Positions 1-10,581 of a stretch of 64,000 bases of DNA are shown here, in pieces. Within the stretch, counting starts at the first letter, position 1, and every line of letters begins with the position of its first letter. The position numbers were made by a program, and so were the translations under genes. The stretch is from an uncultured Methanosarcinales archaeon (lineage in GTDB: Archaea > Nanobdellota > Nanobdellia > Woesearchaeales > CAZOXR01). Below the pieces are notes generated by a model. The model had not been told where the DNA came from and did no database searches. It was given only the letters and a program-made list of their open reading frames with translations. The stretch is taken from NCBI GenBank assembly GCA_964566535.1, contig CAZMIO010000001.1:247751-311750 (forward strand), given 5' to 3'.

Positions 1-56
1 ATAGGTAAAATATAACATGAAAAAATTTTTAAATAATGGAATATTTATTACTTTTT

Positions 57-695
57 ATGAAAAAGTGGTTGTTATTGCTGGTGTTGTTGACTAGTGGATG
101 TAATCTTGTTGGTTTTGGAGTTGATGAACCGTATACCTTCGAGAAAGGATTCAATGAGATGTTGGGATTAGACGAGAAATATGGTGCTGATTTCTATAAT
201 GAGGCTTTAGATGTTGAGAATAGGTTTTCTGACGGATGGACATACGATTATGATTGGGAGAGAACATTAGTAAGTTTAGATGATATTGAGTCCATGATTG
301 AGGAATTAAAGGTTCTTGAGGAGAAAGTGGCTGGGATGGAAGAGACTGAAGATATAGGTCTTGTTCTTAGGTTACTTGATACTAGGGTAAAAATGCTAGA
401 ATCCGAGAGATTATATCAAGAGGGGCTTAAAGTAGGTAGTAGAGGAGATACTGATGATGGATTTAAGTGTGGAGATATGCCATTTATTCGAAGTTTAACT
501 GGGTTGTGGAATGAATCATCAATTGTTGGGCAAGAGGCGACTAAGGAGTGGGATGACTTTTTAACACACCACTCCCAAACTAGGCCATTTTTAAGCAGCG
601 ATAAACGACCTAAGTTCTATGATAGCCCTTTTTGGCCAATTAGGAGGTTTTCTGGGTGGAATATAGGTCGAGTAGAGAGATTTTGTGAAAAATAA
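57..695 (+). CDS. Putative lipoprotein, unknown function
   Basis: Second Met gives MKKWLLLLVLLTSGC (basic N-terminus, hydrophobic core, lipobox-like LTSGC); acidic remainder with no recognised domain. Confidence 0.6.
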   Translation: MKKWLLLLVLLTSGCNLVGFGVDEPYTFEKGFNEMLGLDEKYGADFYNEALDVENRFSDGWTYDYDWERTLVSLDDIESMIEELKVLEEKVAGMEETEDIGLVLRLLDTRVKMLESERLYQEGLKVGSRGDTDDGFKCGDMPFIRSLTGLWNESSIVGQEATKEWDDFLTHHSQTRPFLSSDKRPKFYDSPFWPIRRFSGWNIGRVERFCEK

Positions 696-841
696 CATCC
701 AGACTCCTGTGAGTAGAGAGATTTATGAACAAATAGTTGAATTTCATTCAAGAGTAGTAAAGAAAAATGATTATCGACGATAAAATGAAAAGAAATATAT
801 TGTACAAACTATATTTTAGAGTAAATATAGATACCGTAAAC

Positions 842-966
842 TTTAAATATGAATAATTGTTTTAGAGTAGTAGGTAAACAGCTCTATAGGAGAGGGTTTA
901 CTCAATGTTGTCTTTACAACATTAAAAAAAAGGTAAAGATAACCCAAAAACAAGAACACGGAGGTG
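842..966 (+). promoter_or_regulatory. S-layer gene TATA box, structured 5' leader and Shine-Dalgarno
   Basis: TTTAAATA at 842-849; hairpins GTAAAC..GTTTAC (874-901) and AATGTTGT/ACAACATT (904-923); GGAGGTG at 960-966 before ATG 977. Confidence 0.6.
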
Positions 967-976
967 TTTAGATAAA

Positions 977-3538
977 ATGAAATTAAGAAAAGTGGTGAAA
1001 AAAATAGTGGCGTTAGGTACAGGAGCTACTATGTTAGGAGCTACCCTTATGGGGGCAATGGCCGCAGATTTGGCGGATTACCCAGCACCGTTTATATCAG
1101 ATGGTAAGTTTTCTGGTGTGCTGATTATAGGAGATGATGCAAAGGTAGAAGATGTCGTTGGAGTTAGTGACATTGCTGTAAGTCTACAGTTTGCTGCAAC
1201 AAAGAAGACGGATACAACAGCTGGCTCAGCTGCCGGCATTACAGGGGATGTGTTTAAGATTGAAGCTAGTGGAGATGACTTGAACTTGATAGAAGGACTG
1301 AGCGATGTAAAAGATGTTTTGGACTCTAGTTCACTTCAGGCATTAGCTAGTGGAACTTTAACAAACGACAAGGGAACATACACTTATGACCAATATCTGA
1401 CACTTGGTAATTCATCAGTTGTGTTTGATGTATCTGAAGAGAGTGATGTTGAAGAAGACCCCCTTTTATACCTTAGAGTGAAGTCTGATTCAGCTACCGG
1501 AGACGCTTCAGATGGAACTGAAGTATTTAGGTATAAGCTATCATTCCCGACAGCACTAAAATCGGATGTTGACACAAGTAGAGACTTAGACGACTTGGAT
1601 AACAAGAAATTTGTAATATTAGGGAAAGAATACAGCGTTTTGAACACAGAATTTACAACTGGTTCTAAACTAACCATTGAAATGATGGGTGGAGCTGTTC
1701 TTGACACATTAGAAGAAGGAGAGACAAAAACATATACCATAAGTGGTAATGACTACGAGGTTACTGCTACAACGATTACAGATACTGCACCTTACAAGGT
1801 TAAGTTTGTAATTAATGGTGAGACGACAGACGCTTTGGAAACAACAAATACTGAAAACCTTGAAGATGGTACACAACTGGGTATTAAAGAAATTTTACCA
1901 AATGAAGCTGGAGATGTAACTGCTGATGTAGTTGAATTCTATCTAGGGGCACAAAAGTTAAAGCTAGTTGATAGTAACTCTAGTGCGGATAATACAGATG
2001 GAACTTTAACTATCGGTACAAATGATATCTCTGATGGAGTAGCTGACTTGGTATGGAGTAACACATCAAGTGAAGTAACGTTGAGCACAATACAAATTGC
2101 ATGGCAGTCAACAGATAACTATTATGTGCCTGTAGGTGGAAAACTTTCAGAGCATGTAGCTGATGACCAAGATGTTGTTGATTTGCTTAATACATTGAAC
2201 ATTGACTTCCAGTTTGCTAGTATGAGTACATCTGATTTGGATGAAATCAAACTAACGCCAAGTGGAAACAAAAAAATGAGACTACAGTACACAAACAAAG
2301 CTGGTCTTAAGTTGAGCCAAGAACTTTGGTATTACAACAACACTGATGCAGCACCAATTATTCTGTCTTCTGATGGGACTAGGCTTGTTGGTACATGTGA
2401 ACTAGGAGCTACAACAGAAAGTGATAAGTGTGGAGATGCTTTTGACCTTAACATTACAAATGTTAGGAGAAATGACTTTTTTGTTGTTGAAACAAACAAG
2501 TACTCCCACCTAATGCAGATAAAGAAGATGAGTAACAGCGATAATACAATAACATTGAAAGAAATCGGTGGAGATTCAGACCCGGTAAGTGTTGACTCAG
2601 CTGGAAAGGCAGAATTCTATAAAGATGGTTATTTATATGAATTAACTGTTGATGGAAGTTATGTGGATGCTAACTTGACAAAAATAGCTGGAGATACTAG
2701 CGATATAGGAAATGATGGAAGTGACGGAGATAAGAGAGCTGACTTGTGGACACAAAATGGACATAAGATTAGGTTGTTATCTAACGGAACTGAGATTTTG
2801 GAAGCTCCATCAATAACTAGGGATGATACATCGACTGATGCTGCTAAGAACTACGTAAATGTAAGTTTTACAGTAGTTAGCAGTAAGATATCTGCATCTG
2901 GTGTAACGACTAGTTCCCAAATAGCAGATACTGAAGATTGGACTGACAAAGATCCAGGAACAGCATTAGAGAGCGACAGTAATATGAAACATGGAATGAC
3001 CAAATGGGGTTCATTTATTGAGCACGACACAAGTGGTGATCAGGACTCTGTTGTGATAAACATTCCAGAGAAAGAAGCAATTGCTAATGTATATGTAACT
3101 GCTGGAGTGACTAAGTTAACTGAAGGGACTGCATCTGGAACTGACTCAGTAACCATACAAAAGATAGAAGTTGGAGCTACAAAGCTTGCTAAAGAAGTAA
3201 GTGATGTTAAGGCTCAGAATGCTATCTTAGTTGGTGGACCTTGTGCTAACAGCAAAGCTAGAGAAGCTCTAGGAAACCCTGCAGATTGTGCAGCAGGCTT
3301 CGAAGCTGGAAAAGGTAAGATTCAGTTGATTGAGCATGCTAACGGAAACGTTGCATTGTTAGTTGCTGGATATTCTGCAGCAGACACCAGAAAAGCATCA
3401 CAAGTCTTAGCTGATTATCAAGACTATGCTGATGACTTGAAAGGTGAACAAGTTGAGGTTACAACTGCAACAGGTACTGTTTCAGAAGTAACGGCAGCAG
3501 CTGTAGTAGATGACCCTGTAGTCGACCCTGAGGAATAA
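977..3538 (+). CDS. S-layer protein (Methanococcales/Thermococcales-type N- and C-terminal domains)
   Basis: MKLRKVVKKIVALGTGATMLGATLMGAMAADLADYPAPF signal/N-domain; C-terminal NAILVGGPCAN and LLVAGYSAADT motifs; Asp/Thr-rich with many N-x-S/T sequons. Confidence 0.9.
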   Translation: MKLRKVVKKIVALGTGATMLGATLMGAMAADLADYPAPFISDGKFSGVLIIGDDAKVEDVVGVSDIAVSLQFAATKKTDTTAGSAAGITGDVFKIEASGDDLNLIEGLSDVKDVLDSSSLQALASGTLTNDKGTYTYDQYLTLGNSSVVFDVSEESDVEEDPLLYLRVKSDSATGDASDGTEVFRYKLSFPTALKSDVDTSRDLDDLDNKKFVILGKEYSVLNTEFTTGSKLTIEMMGGAVLDTLEEGETKTYTISGNDYEVTATTITDTAPYKVKFVINGETTDALETTNTENLEDGTQLGIKEILPNEAGDVTADVVEFYLGAQKLKLVDSNSSADNTDGTLTIGTNDISDGVADLVWSNTSSEVTLSTIQIAWQSTDNYYVPVGGKLSEHVADDQDVVDLLNTLNIDFQFASMSTSDLDEIKLTPSGNKKMRLQYTNKAGLKLSQELWYYNNTDAAPIILSSDGTRLVGTCELGATTESDKCGDAFDLNITNVRRNDFFVVETNKYSHLMQIKKMSNSDNTITLKEIGGDSDPVSVDSAGKAEFYKDGYLYELTVDGSYVDANLTKIAGDTSDIGNDGSDGDKRADLWTQNGHKIRLLSNGTEILEAPSITRDDTSTDAAKNYVNVSFTVVSSKISASGVTTSSQIADTEDWTDKDPGTALESDSNMKHGMTKWGSFIEHDTSGDQDSVVINIPEKEAIANVYVTAGVTKLTEGTASGTDSVTIQKIEVGATKLAKEVSDVKAQNAILVGGPCANSKAREALGNPADCAAGFEAGKGKIQLIEHANGNVALLVAGYSAADTRKASQVLADYQDYADDLKGEQVEVTTATGTVSEVTAAAVVDDPVVDPEE

Positions 3539-3545
3539 AGAAATT

Positions 3546-3572
3546 AATTTTTTTCTTTTTTTTTATTTTTTT
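3546..3572 (+). terminator. Oligo-T terminator after S-layer gene
   Basis: Long T runs immediately after stop 3538, between convergent genes. Confidence 0.55.
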
Positions 3573-3630
3573 AAAATTTGTTAAATCTTTGTGATTTTTT
3601 AGATGTTTAGAATTCTTTTGATTTGATGTT

Positions 3631-4824
3631 TTAGACTGGTTCTCCGATGAATATGTTGTGTTTTGATCTGGTTATCCTTAGCTTGATTTGAGGAGCCTCT
3701 TTGTGATAATGAGGTATTGAGATGGATCTATTGTCAGATATGGCTATTCTTTCGCCCTTAAAACGTCCTTGACAGGCTATCTGGGCCTTTATTATATCTC
3801 CTTTTTTGAATGGTTTAGGTAATGGTTTGGTTTTAGTGATATTGAAGTCTGATTCTGTTTTTATTAGCTTTAAGTTGTATTTTTTCTCCCATCCCCTTAG
3901 CTTATCGAAGAATTTGTCGAAGTCGATTGATTTTACAGGATTTTTCCCGAATCTGTAAGGTAGGAAGTTTTGAATTCCCAGGTCTGCGCCTATCTTTTTT
4001 GCGAATTCTATTATTTTAGGCATTTCTTCCTCATTTATTCCTTTGAGGAGTACTGGTGTTATGATTATGTTGGTTTTTTTTGCTATGTATTCTGCTATTT
4101 CTTTGATTTTTTCTATGTTGTATGATTTGCCTGCTATTTCCTTTGTTATTTTGGAGTCTAGGGCGTTGATTGAGAAGTTGAATCTTGTTAGGCCAGCACT
4201 TACTAATTGGTCTACTTTGGCCTTTGTTAGGAGGACTCCGTTTGTGTCTATGGAGATTGTGGAGACTTGTGGTAGCTTTGAGATGCTTCTTATAAGGTCT
4301 GTTAAAGGTTCGTAAAGGAGGGGTTCTCCTTGGCTGGCTATATGTGCTTCAATGTTGTTTGAGTCTTTGAATTCTACTAGATTCTTGAACTCGTTTGATA
4401 AGTATTCTTCTTCAATTACAAAGTCTATTTCTCTTTTGTCTTGATCAACTGAGCAGTATATACATTCTAGATTACAGCTTGTTATGGGCTTTACTTCTAT
4501 GATATTGGTATTTCTGTCTACTAAACCGAAAGAGATATTGCCGATTAAGGGTATCCCCGAGTTTTGGTGTATGTATATGGTTGATTTATTAGTGAGTTTG
4601 TTTCTTAGGTGGCTGAATCCTTTCTGAAGGAGATTGTTTAGTTTTTTATTTGCTTTGTTTTCATTGATGTTTTTGAAGATAATGGCGTTTTTTTCTACTT
4701 TATTTGCGTCTATTTTGTTTAAGTCTTCCTTTTTTAGTTTGAAAGTGAACAATCTCTGGAAAGTTACCTCTATTTGATCTGCTTTTTCTTGGAACTGTAA
4801 GTCTTTAAACTCTATTTTTGCCAT
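3631..4824 (-). CDS. Radical SAM protein with C-terminal TRAM-like domain
   Basis: CNLECIYC (CxxxCxxC), GEPLLY, DTNG motifs; C-terminal beta-rich domain ending RITRSKHNIFIG. Confidence 0.85.
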   Translation of the reverse strand: MAKIEFKDLQFQEKADQIEVTFQRLFTFKLKKEDLNKIDANKVEKNAIIFKNINENKANKKLNNLLQKGFSHLRNKLTNKSTIYIHQNSGIPLIGNISFGLVDRNTNIIEVKPITSCNLECIYCSVDQDKREIDFVIEEEYLSNEFKNLVEFKDSNNIEAHIASQGEPLLYEPLTDLIRSISKLPQVSTISIDTNGVLLTKAKVDQLVSAGLTRFNFSINALDSKITKEIAGKSYNIEKIKEIAEYIAKKTNIIITPVLLKGINEEEMPKIIEFAKKIGADLGIQNFLPYRFGKNPVKSIDFDKFFDKLRGWEKKYNLKLIKTESDFNITKTKPLPKPFKKGDIIKAQIACQGRFKGERIAISDNRSISIPHYHKEAPQIKLRITRSKHNIFIGEPV

Positions 4825-4848
4825 ATGATTTATGATTTTTTGTCATTT

Positions 4849-4993
4849 TGTCGAAAACCACCATGCTAAATGAGTAGTATATTCCACATGCCACTAACAT
4901 ATGAGGTGGTTTTTGAGCATACTCAGAATACTGCTGAGGATATCTGTGATTTATGTAGTAAATCACCACTTTAGGAAGAGCAGTATTCTGATA
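4849..4993. repeat. Double-hairpin palindromic mini-element, copy 1 (expanded loops)
   Basis: TGTCGAAAACCACC..GGTGGTTTTTGA-GCATAC-TCAGAATACTGCT..AGCAGTATTCTGATA; same scaffold as 31075, 48620, 60438. Confidence 0.75.
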
Positions 4994-5063
4994 TATAATA
5001 TTTGCGTTTAAGTAACTAAAAATTTAAATAGACATTAGGTTTTGCTTTATTGAGGGAGATAAA

Positions 5064-5702
5064 GTGGATGAAACTAAAGAGATTGTTATTTCGTATGAGG
5101 CCCTTTTTGAGCTCTTAAGGAGGGAGAAGGATAGGGAGGCCTTACAGAAACTTAATGATTCTTTCTTCGAAGATGTTGTTAACTATATCCAGGATAAGAA
5201 AAAAAGTCTTTCTGAAAAAGAAGGTTCTTCGTCTTTGGGTGAAAGGGACAAGATAGATCAACAAATAAGGAATATTAAGAGAATCTTGAAGGAGTTGTAC
5301 GAGAGAAGGGAGAGGAAAATAATTAACCTTGCAATAGATAAAAGTAGGATTAAGGCTGAAGTTGATACTTCTATCTTACTGAAGGATGAAGAAGTTCTGT
5401 TCAAATCGATATTAAGTACGCTTAATGTTGGAAGGGAAGGGATTTTGAGTAATGTTCTTGAGGGCAAGGTTCCCGAGAATATCGAGGAGAAGAAGGAGGC
5501 TTCCGGGTTGGTAAAGGAAGCCAATAAAGGAGAGAAGAGAGATACTAAATTAATCAGATTTTTGCATGCTGTTCCTAGGTTTTTAGGCAAGGAGCTTGAG
5601 GAGTATGGTCCTTTTGAGGAAGAGGATGTTGCAAGCCTACCTTTTGAGATATCTAATGTGCTTATAGAGAAAGGGAGAGCTGAAGAGATTAGTGAGTATT
5701 GA
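5064..5702 (+). CDS. GINS complex subunit (Gins15-like)
   Basis: N-terminal helical A domain (LLRREKDREALQKLNDSFF, LYERRERKIINLA) and C-terminal B domain (IRFLHAVPRFLG..YGPFEEEDVASLP..LIEKGRAE). Confidence 0.8.
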   Translation: MDETKEIVISYEALFELLRREKDREALQKLNDSFFEDVVNYIQDKKKSLSEKEGSSSLGERDKIDQQIRNIKRILKELYERRERKIINLAIDKSRIKAEVDTSILLKDEEVLFKSILSTLNVGREGILSNVLEGKVPENIEEKKEASGLVKEANKGEKRDTKLIRFLHAVPRFLGKELEEYGPFEEEDVASLPFEISNVLIEKGRAEEISEY

Positions 5703-5727
5703 ACATAGGTTACGTTGATTGAATAAG

Positions 5728-7434
5728 ATGAGTTTAAGTGATACGATTGAAAAAAGAGCGAATTTTATTGTTGTGTTACTTCTTTTAGTATTGTTTACTT
5801 TGGCAATTACTAGTATTAGAGATAAATCAATTACTACGGACGAGATTAGTCATCTTGCTTCTGGTTACTCATACATTAAAACATGGGATTTTAGACTGAA
5901 TATTGAGGCTTTGCCCCTGATTGATATGATATCTACGGTTCCTTTGCTGTTCTTGGACCCAATATTGCCATTGAATAGTACAAATTGGGCGCTTGCTGAG
6001 GCTTATGAAAGTGAGGGGCAGTATCATTGGGAATTTGGGGAACAGTTTTTCTATGAATATGGTAATGATGCGGACAAGATATTGTTTTTTGGCAGAATTC
6101 CAATGATTTTGTTGGCTTTGTTATTGGGGTTCTATGTTTTTAAGTTTGCTAAGGAATTATTTGGAGTAAAGTCTGGGTTGTTTGCGTTGTTTCTTTATGT
6201 TTTTAGTCCAAATATATTGGCTCATTCCAGGTTAGCTACGATAGATCTGGGAGCTTCGTGTTTTATTTTTATCGCCGTCTATTATTTCTGGAAGTTTATC
6301 AATGATATTAGTGTTAAATCATTCGTTATTGCCGGTGTGACGTTTGGGTTGGCGCAGCTGTCTAAATTTACTGCATTGTACCTTATTCCAATTTATGTTT
6401 TGTTGATTTTAGTTGTTGTTGTATTGAAGAAGAAGGAAGATAGTTCGTTTTTTAATGTACTTAAGAGTAAGAAGGCCTTTATTTTGTATGGTATGGTTGT
6501 AGGGATTTTTATAATTGGTTATTTGGTAGTTGCTGGTGGGTATGGGTTCTTACATGTAGGAAAGTATGTAGAAGGTTTAACTTATGTTGTTTCTCACTCT
6601 AATGATGGACATCCAGGCTACTTGATGGGGATGTATTCCTCCCAAGGCTGGTGGTATTATTTTATTGTGGCTTTTTTGATTAAGACTCCAATAGTTACTA
6701 TTGTGTTAATGATTTTGTCCCTGGTTTATTTTAAGATGTTGAGGTCCCCTAATAAATTGGCTGATTATTTTTTGATTATTCCCCCTGCTTTTATCTTCTT
6801 TACGTTCTTTTTTAACCATATCAATATTGGTCTCCGGCACATATTGCCCATATATCCTTTTATTTTTGTATTTGTTAGTAGGTTGGCTCGGTTGCGTCGT
6901 GTTAAATGGTGGTTGGTTATTTTGAGTGTGTGGTATGTTGTTAGTTCGTTGATGGTATATCCTCACTATCTGGCTTACTTTAACGAATTTGTTGGTTCTG
7001 AGAATGGACATAAGTATTTAGCTGACTCTAACATTGATTGGGGGCAGGATTTGAAGGGACTTAAGAAGTGGATGGATGCTAATGATGTAGGGTTTATTAG
7101 GCTGGGTTATTGGGGATATGATAGACCAGAGTATAGAGGGATAAATTTTACTCAAGCTAATTGTTTTCCTGAAGAGGGGTTGATTGCTGTTAGTGTGAAT
7201 AATCTTGTTGGTCTTCGTGAGAGGGAGAAGTTTTGTTTGGAATGGCTTGGAGATTATTCTCCCGTTGATAATATTGGTTATTCTCTGTATATCTATGACA
7301 TTCCTGCTGTTGACCCTAATGATATAGCTGAAGAGTTTTGTGAAAATAGATGTAGAAGTGAGTGTGAGGGGAAGGGATTTAGTTATGGTGAGAGTATGTT
7401 GGTTAATGATTCTTGTGATTGTAGTTGTTTATGA
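5728..7434 (+). CDS. GT-C family membrane glycosyltransferase (ArnT/PMT-like)
   Basis: Multiple TM segments; TTDE motif after first TM, LAHSRLATID, SKFTA, DSNIDWGQD; start codon uncertain. Confidence 0.8.
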   Translation: MSLSDTIEKRANFIVVLLLLVLFTLAITSIRDKSITTDEISHLASGYSYIKTWDFRLNIEALPLIDMISTVPLLFLDPILPLNSTNWALAEAYESEGQYHWEFGEQFFYEYGNDADKILFFGRIPMILLALLLGFYVFKFAKELFGVKSGLFALFLYVFSPNILAHSRLATIDLGASCFIFIAVYYFWKFINDISVKSFVIAGVTFGLAQLSKFTALYLIPIYVLLILVVVVLKKKEDSSFFNVLKSKKAFILYGMVVGIFIIGYLVVAGGYGFLHVGKYVEGLTYVVSHSNDGHPGYLMGMYSSQGWWYYFIVAFLIKTPIVTIVLMILSLVYFKMLRSPNKLADYFLIIPPAFIFFTFFFNHINIGLRHILPIYPFIFVFVSRLARLRRVKWWLVILSVWYVVSSLMVYPHYLAYFNEFVGSENGHKYLADSNIDWGQDLKGLKKWMDANDVGFIRLGYWGYDRPEYRGINFTQANCFPEEGLIAVSVNNLVGLREREKFCLEWLGDYSPVDNIGYSLYIYDIPAVDPNDIAEEFCENRCRSECEGKGFSYGESMLVNDSCDCSCL

Positions 7435-8640
7435 TTTTTTATTTGCCTCAATTAATTTCTTTGTGTTTTCAATATTATCTTTTAAGTCTTTGTTGTCAGG
7501 CTCTATCTTTAATCCTTCGTTGAAGACTTCTATTGCTTCGGTTAGCATCTTTTTTTGGATGAACAGTATGCCTAGATTACTGTAGTTAGCGATGTCTTTT
7601 GGTTTAAAGCCCATCAATAGTTTCACTAAAGGTATAGCCTCATCAATCTTGTTATGTTTTACAAGTATTCTTGTGACATTACTATAAGCATCTACATTTT
7701 GTTTATTGTAATTGATTGCATGTTTGTATGATTCTAAAGCTGAACGGTCGTCTCTTACCATTTCGTAAGCTACTCCTAGGTTGTTATGTATGTTGCTATC
7801 TTTTTCATCTACTTTCTTTGCCTCTTCTAGGATTGCTATTGCTTCTTCGAACTTTTTTTGTTTGCAGTAGATGTTTCCTAAAGAGATATATGGGGCCGGC
7901 CATTGTTTGTTTAGCTCGATTGCTTTTTTTAGATTGGTAATTGCTTCATCGAATTTGTTTAAGACCATTGCTTGGACTCCTAATTCGTAATAGAATTTTG
8001 GTTTGTTTTCGTCTAATTTCTCTTTTCCGATTTCCATATACATCTCACCTTTTTTATTCATTTCTTCTTTTGATTTTGTTTTTCCATAATGATGGATTGG
8101 GATTTCTGTTGATTCTATCTTTCCTATTCTCTTTATTGACTCTTTTACTGTTTCGTGGACTGGGTATTCAAACTGAATTCTTTTGTCGTTTTTGAATAAT
8201 CTCGTGATTCCTGAGTATACCCAACCAGAGTATTGTTTTGATTCTTGGTAAGGATCATCTTTTGAAGAACTCCATTTTATCGACGAGGAATCGTTGGTGT
8301 AAGACCTTTGGATTAGCATGAAGCCTAGATGAGTGTTAGTTTCTGTTAGTTGTTTTATCTTATTATGGTCTTCTTTTGTTATTGTTTCGTCTGCGTCAAG
8401 GACTAGTATCCAATCTTTTGTTGCATGCTTTAAAGATTCGTTTCTTGCTTGGCTGAAGTCATTGTTCCATGGTTTTTTTACTATCTTTGCGTTGAATTTG
8501 TTTGCAATTTCTATTGTTTTATCGGTTGAACCTGTGTCCACTATAATTATTTCATCAACTAAGTCTTTGACAGAATTAAGGCAAGGTTCTAAGTATGCTT
8601 CCTCGTTTTTTGTGATCATGCAAAGTGATATTGTTGGCAT
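7429..8640 (-). CDS. GT2 glycosyltransferase with C-terminal TPR repeats
   Basis: ISLCMITKNE, VDTGSTD, ARN, LDADE, VHE; C-terminal TPR helices (HNNLGVAY, YSNLGILF). Confidence 0.9.
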   Translation of the reverse strand: MPTISLCMITKNEEAYLEPCLNSVKDLVDEIIIVDTGSTDKTIEIANKFNAKIVKKPWNNDFSQARNESLKHATKDWILVLDADETITKEDHNKIKQLTETNTHLGFMLIQRSYTNDSSSIKWSSSKDDPYQESKQYSGWVYSGITRLFKNDKRIQFEYPVHETVKESIKRIGKIESTEIPIHHYGKTKSKEEMNKKGEMYMEIGKEKLDENKPKFYYELGVQAMVLNKFDEAITNLKKAIELNKQWPAPYISLGNIYCKQKKFEEAIAILEEAKKVDEKDSNIHNNLGVAYEMVRDDRSALESYKHAINYNKQNVDAYSNVTRILVKHNKIDEAIPLVKLLMGFKPKDIANYSNLGILFIQKKMLTEAIEVFNEGLKIEPDNKDLKDNIENTKKLIEANKKS

Positions 8641-8691
8641 GGGTTTGTGGGGTAAGAATGGTTATTTAAGGTTTTTGGGTCTATAGAATAA

Positions 8692-9366
8692 CTACTCCAA
8701 CTCATTAACAACATCTAGAAGTTCTTTAATATTATTTATTTCAAAGTCAGCTCCTGAGGATTTTACTTTTCTGTTTCCGTATTTTGCGAAGCAAGTTTTC
8801 ATGTTTAGCTTTTTTGCTCCTTTTATGTCTCTTTCTGGCCAGTCGCCAAGCATCAAGCATTCTTCTGCTTTTAGGTTTAGTTTGTTTAATGCTGCTTCGA
8901 AAGGGAGTCTTGATGGTTTTGTTGTTTTGGTATCTTCGAATGTGACTACAACATCGAAGAAGTTATGGAGTTTCATCGATGTTAGTCTTAGCCATGCTTT
9001 TAGTCTTGGTGCATCAGTTACAATTGCTAACTTTTTGTTCTTCTTTATTAGTTCTAGGAGAACTTCGTGAGTGTTGGGGTATGCTTCAAGGAAGCCCCAT
9101 CTTACTCTTCTGTAAGCATTTATTCCATTTGCTAGTATTCTGTAGTCAATCTTTCCTAATTTTCTTTTTATGAACTTTTGGAATATTTGGGGTTCTTCTA
9201 AGCCGTGCTCGTCGTAAAGTTCGAATAAGTCCCTCATTCCTTCTGTGTGGTTGATTTCTAATCCTGCGTCTATCATTGCGGATAAAGCTGCTTCACAACT
9301 CATCTTTTTCATTGTCATGAAGTCTATCAATGTGTTGTCTAAGTCGAATAGAACTGCTTTGATCAT
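8692..9366 (-). CDS. HAD-superfamily hydrolase
   Basis: FDLDNTL motif I, KP motif III, GDWPERDI motif IV. Confidence 0.9.
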   Translation of the reverse strand: MIKAVLFDLDNTLIDFMTMKKMSCEAALSAMIDAGLEINHTEGMRDLFELYDEHGLEEPQIFQKFIKRKLGKIDYRILANGINAYRRVRWGFLEAYPNTHEVLLELIKKNKKLAIVTDAPRLKAWLRLTSMKLHNFFDVVVTFEDTKTTKPSRLPFEAALNKLNLKAEECLMLGDWPERDIKGAKKLNMKTCFAKYGNRKVKSSGADFEINNIKELLDVVNELE

Positions 9367-9470
9367 GATGGATTGTTTGAAGTGGTTGTTTATATAATTT
9401 GGGGTTTGGTGAGGTGTGAATAACTAACTTAAACAAAAACTTTAAAAATGCTTATCTTTAACAAAAAATT

Positions 9471-10541
9471 ATGGAGTCAATAGAGGCGTTGCAGTGGCTA
9501 AAAAAGAACAACCTCTTTACTGAGTGTGAGAGGAGTGCTGTCTTTCTGAAGAAGATATTTATTCCTTGCTTAGGTATTAGGGATGAGAAGATTTTGATAA
9601 TTGGAGATAAGGGGGAGAAGGGCAGAGATATTTCTGCTATCTTGTCTGGTGGTTATTATTTGGCTGCGAAGGCAATGAACATTAATGCTAAGCTGGTTAT
9701 TCAGGAGAAGAAGAAAAAAGGTTCTATTGCTGATAATGATGTTATTGAGTCTCTTGGTAGTCTAGAAGAGAATAATGTTGTTTTTATCAATACCTCGAAT
9801 ACGTTAGGGAGTATTAAGGAGTTAGGTAAGAGCTTTAGAAAGCTTTGTCACAAGAAAGGTTATAGATTTGTTTCGACTCCGGGCCTCGGGAACTTGGAAA
9901 GAAGTAAGATTGATTATATTCTGAATGCAATTAATGTTGATTATAGATTGTTGCAGGTTAAGCATAGGAAGCTTAAGGAGCAGCTTGATGATGCTAAAGA
10001 GATTCAGCTAAAGACACCGGCAGGAACAGACCTTTCTTTTAATGTTGAAGGGACTAGTGCAATTTCTGCTGATGGTAATTACATAACTCCTGGTTCAGGT
10101 GGGAATTTGCCTGCTGGGGAGGTGTATATTCCTCCGAATGGGAAGAAGGTTGAAGGGAAGTTTGTGATTGATGTTAGCTCTAGGAATAGGGAGAGAACTG
10201 TTATTGTTAAGGAACCGATTACGCTAACTATTGAGGAAGGGAGTATAACTAATATTGAGGGTGGAGATGAAGCTAAGGAGCTTAATGAAACTCTTGATTG
10301 GGCTGCTTCTGTTTCTAAACATCCTGCTTCTGTCAGAAGGATTGGGGAGTTGGGGATTGGGTTGAATCCTAACGCTAAGGTTGTTGGGGCTACAATAATT
10401 GATGAGAAGGCACTAGGTACTGCGCATATTGGTATTGGTTCGAATTATTGGTTTGGTGGTTCAATTTATGCTAAGATTCATCTAGATCAGATTTGTGCTG
10501 CGCCTGAGATTTTGCTTGATGGTGTGAAGTTGGTTATTTAA
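9471..10541 (+). CDS. M29/aminopeptidase T-like metallopeptidase
   Basis: GNLPAGEVYIPP, IGELGIGLNP, DEKALGTAHIGIG, IHLD motifs. Confidence 0.8.
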   Translation: MESIEALQWLKKNNLFTECERSAVFLKKIFIPCLGIRDEKILIIGDKGEKGRDISAILSGGYYLAAKAMNINAKLVIQEKKKKGSIADNDVIESLGSLEENNVVFINTSNTLGSIKELGKSFRKLCHKKGYRFVSTPGLGNLERSKIDYILNAINVDYRLLQVKHRKLKEQLDDAKEIQLKTPAGTDLSFNVEGTSAISADGNYITPGSGGNLPAGEVYIPPNGKKVEGKFVIDVSSRNRERTVIVKEPITLTIEEGSITNIEGGDEAKELNETLDWAASVSKHPASVRRIGELGIGLNPNAKVVGATIIDEKALGTAHIGIGSNYWFGGSIYAKIHLDQICAAPEILLDGVKLVI

Positions 10542-10581
10542 TTTAGAATTATTTTTATATGAGTAATGTCTAATTTCTTTT

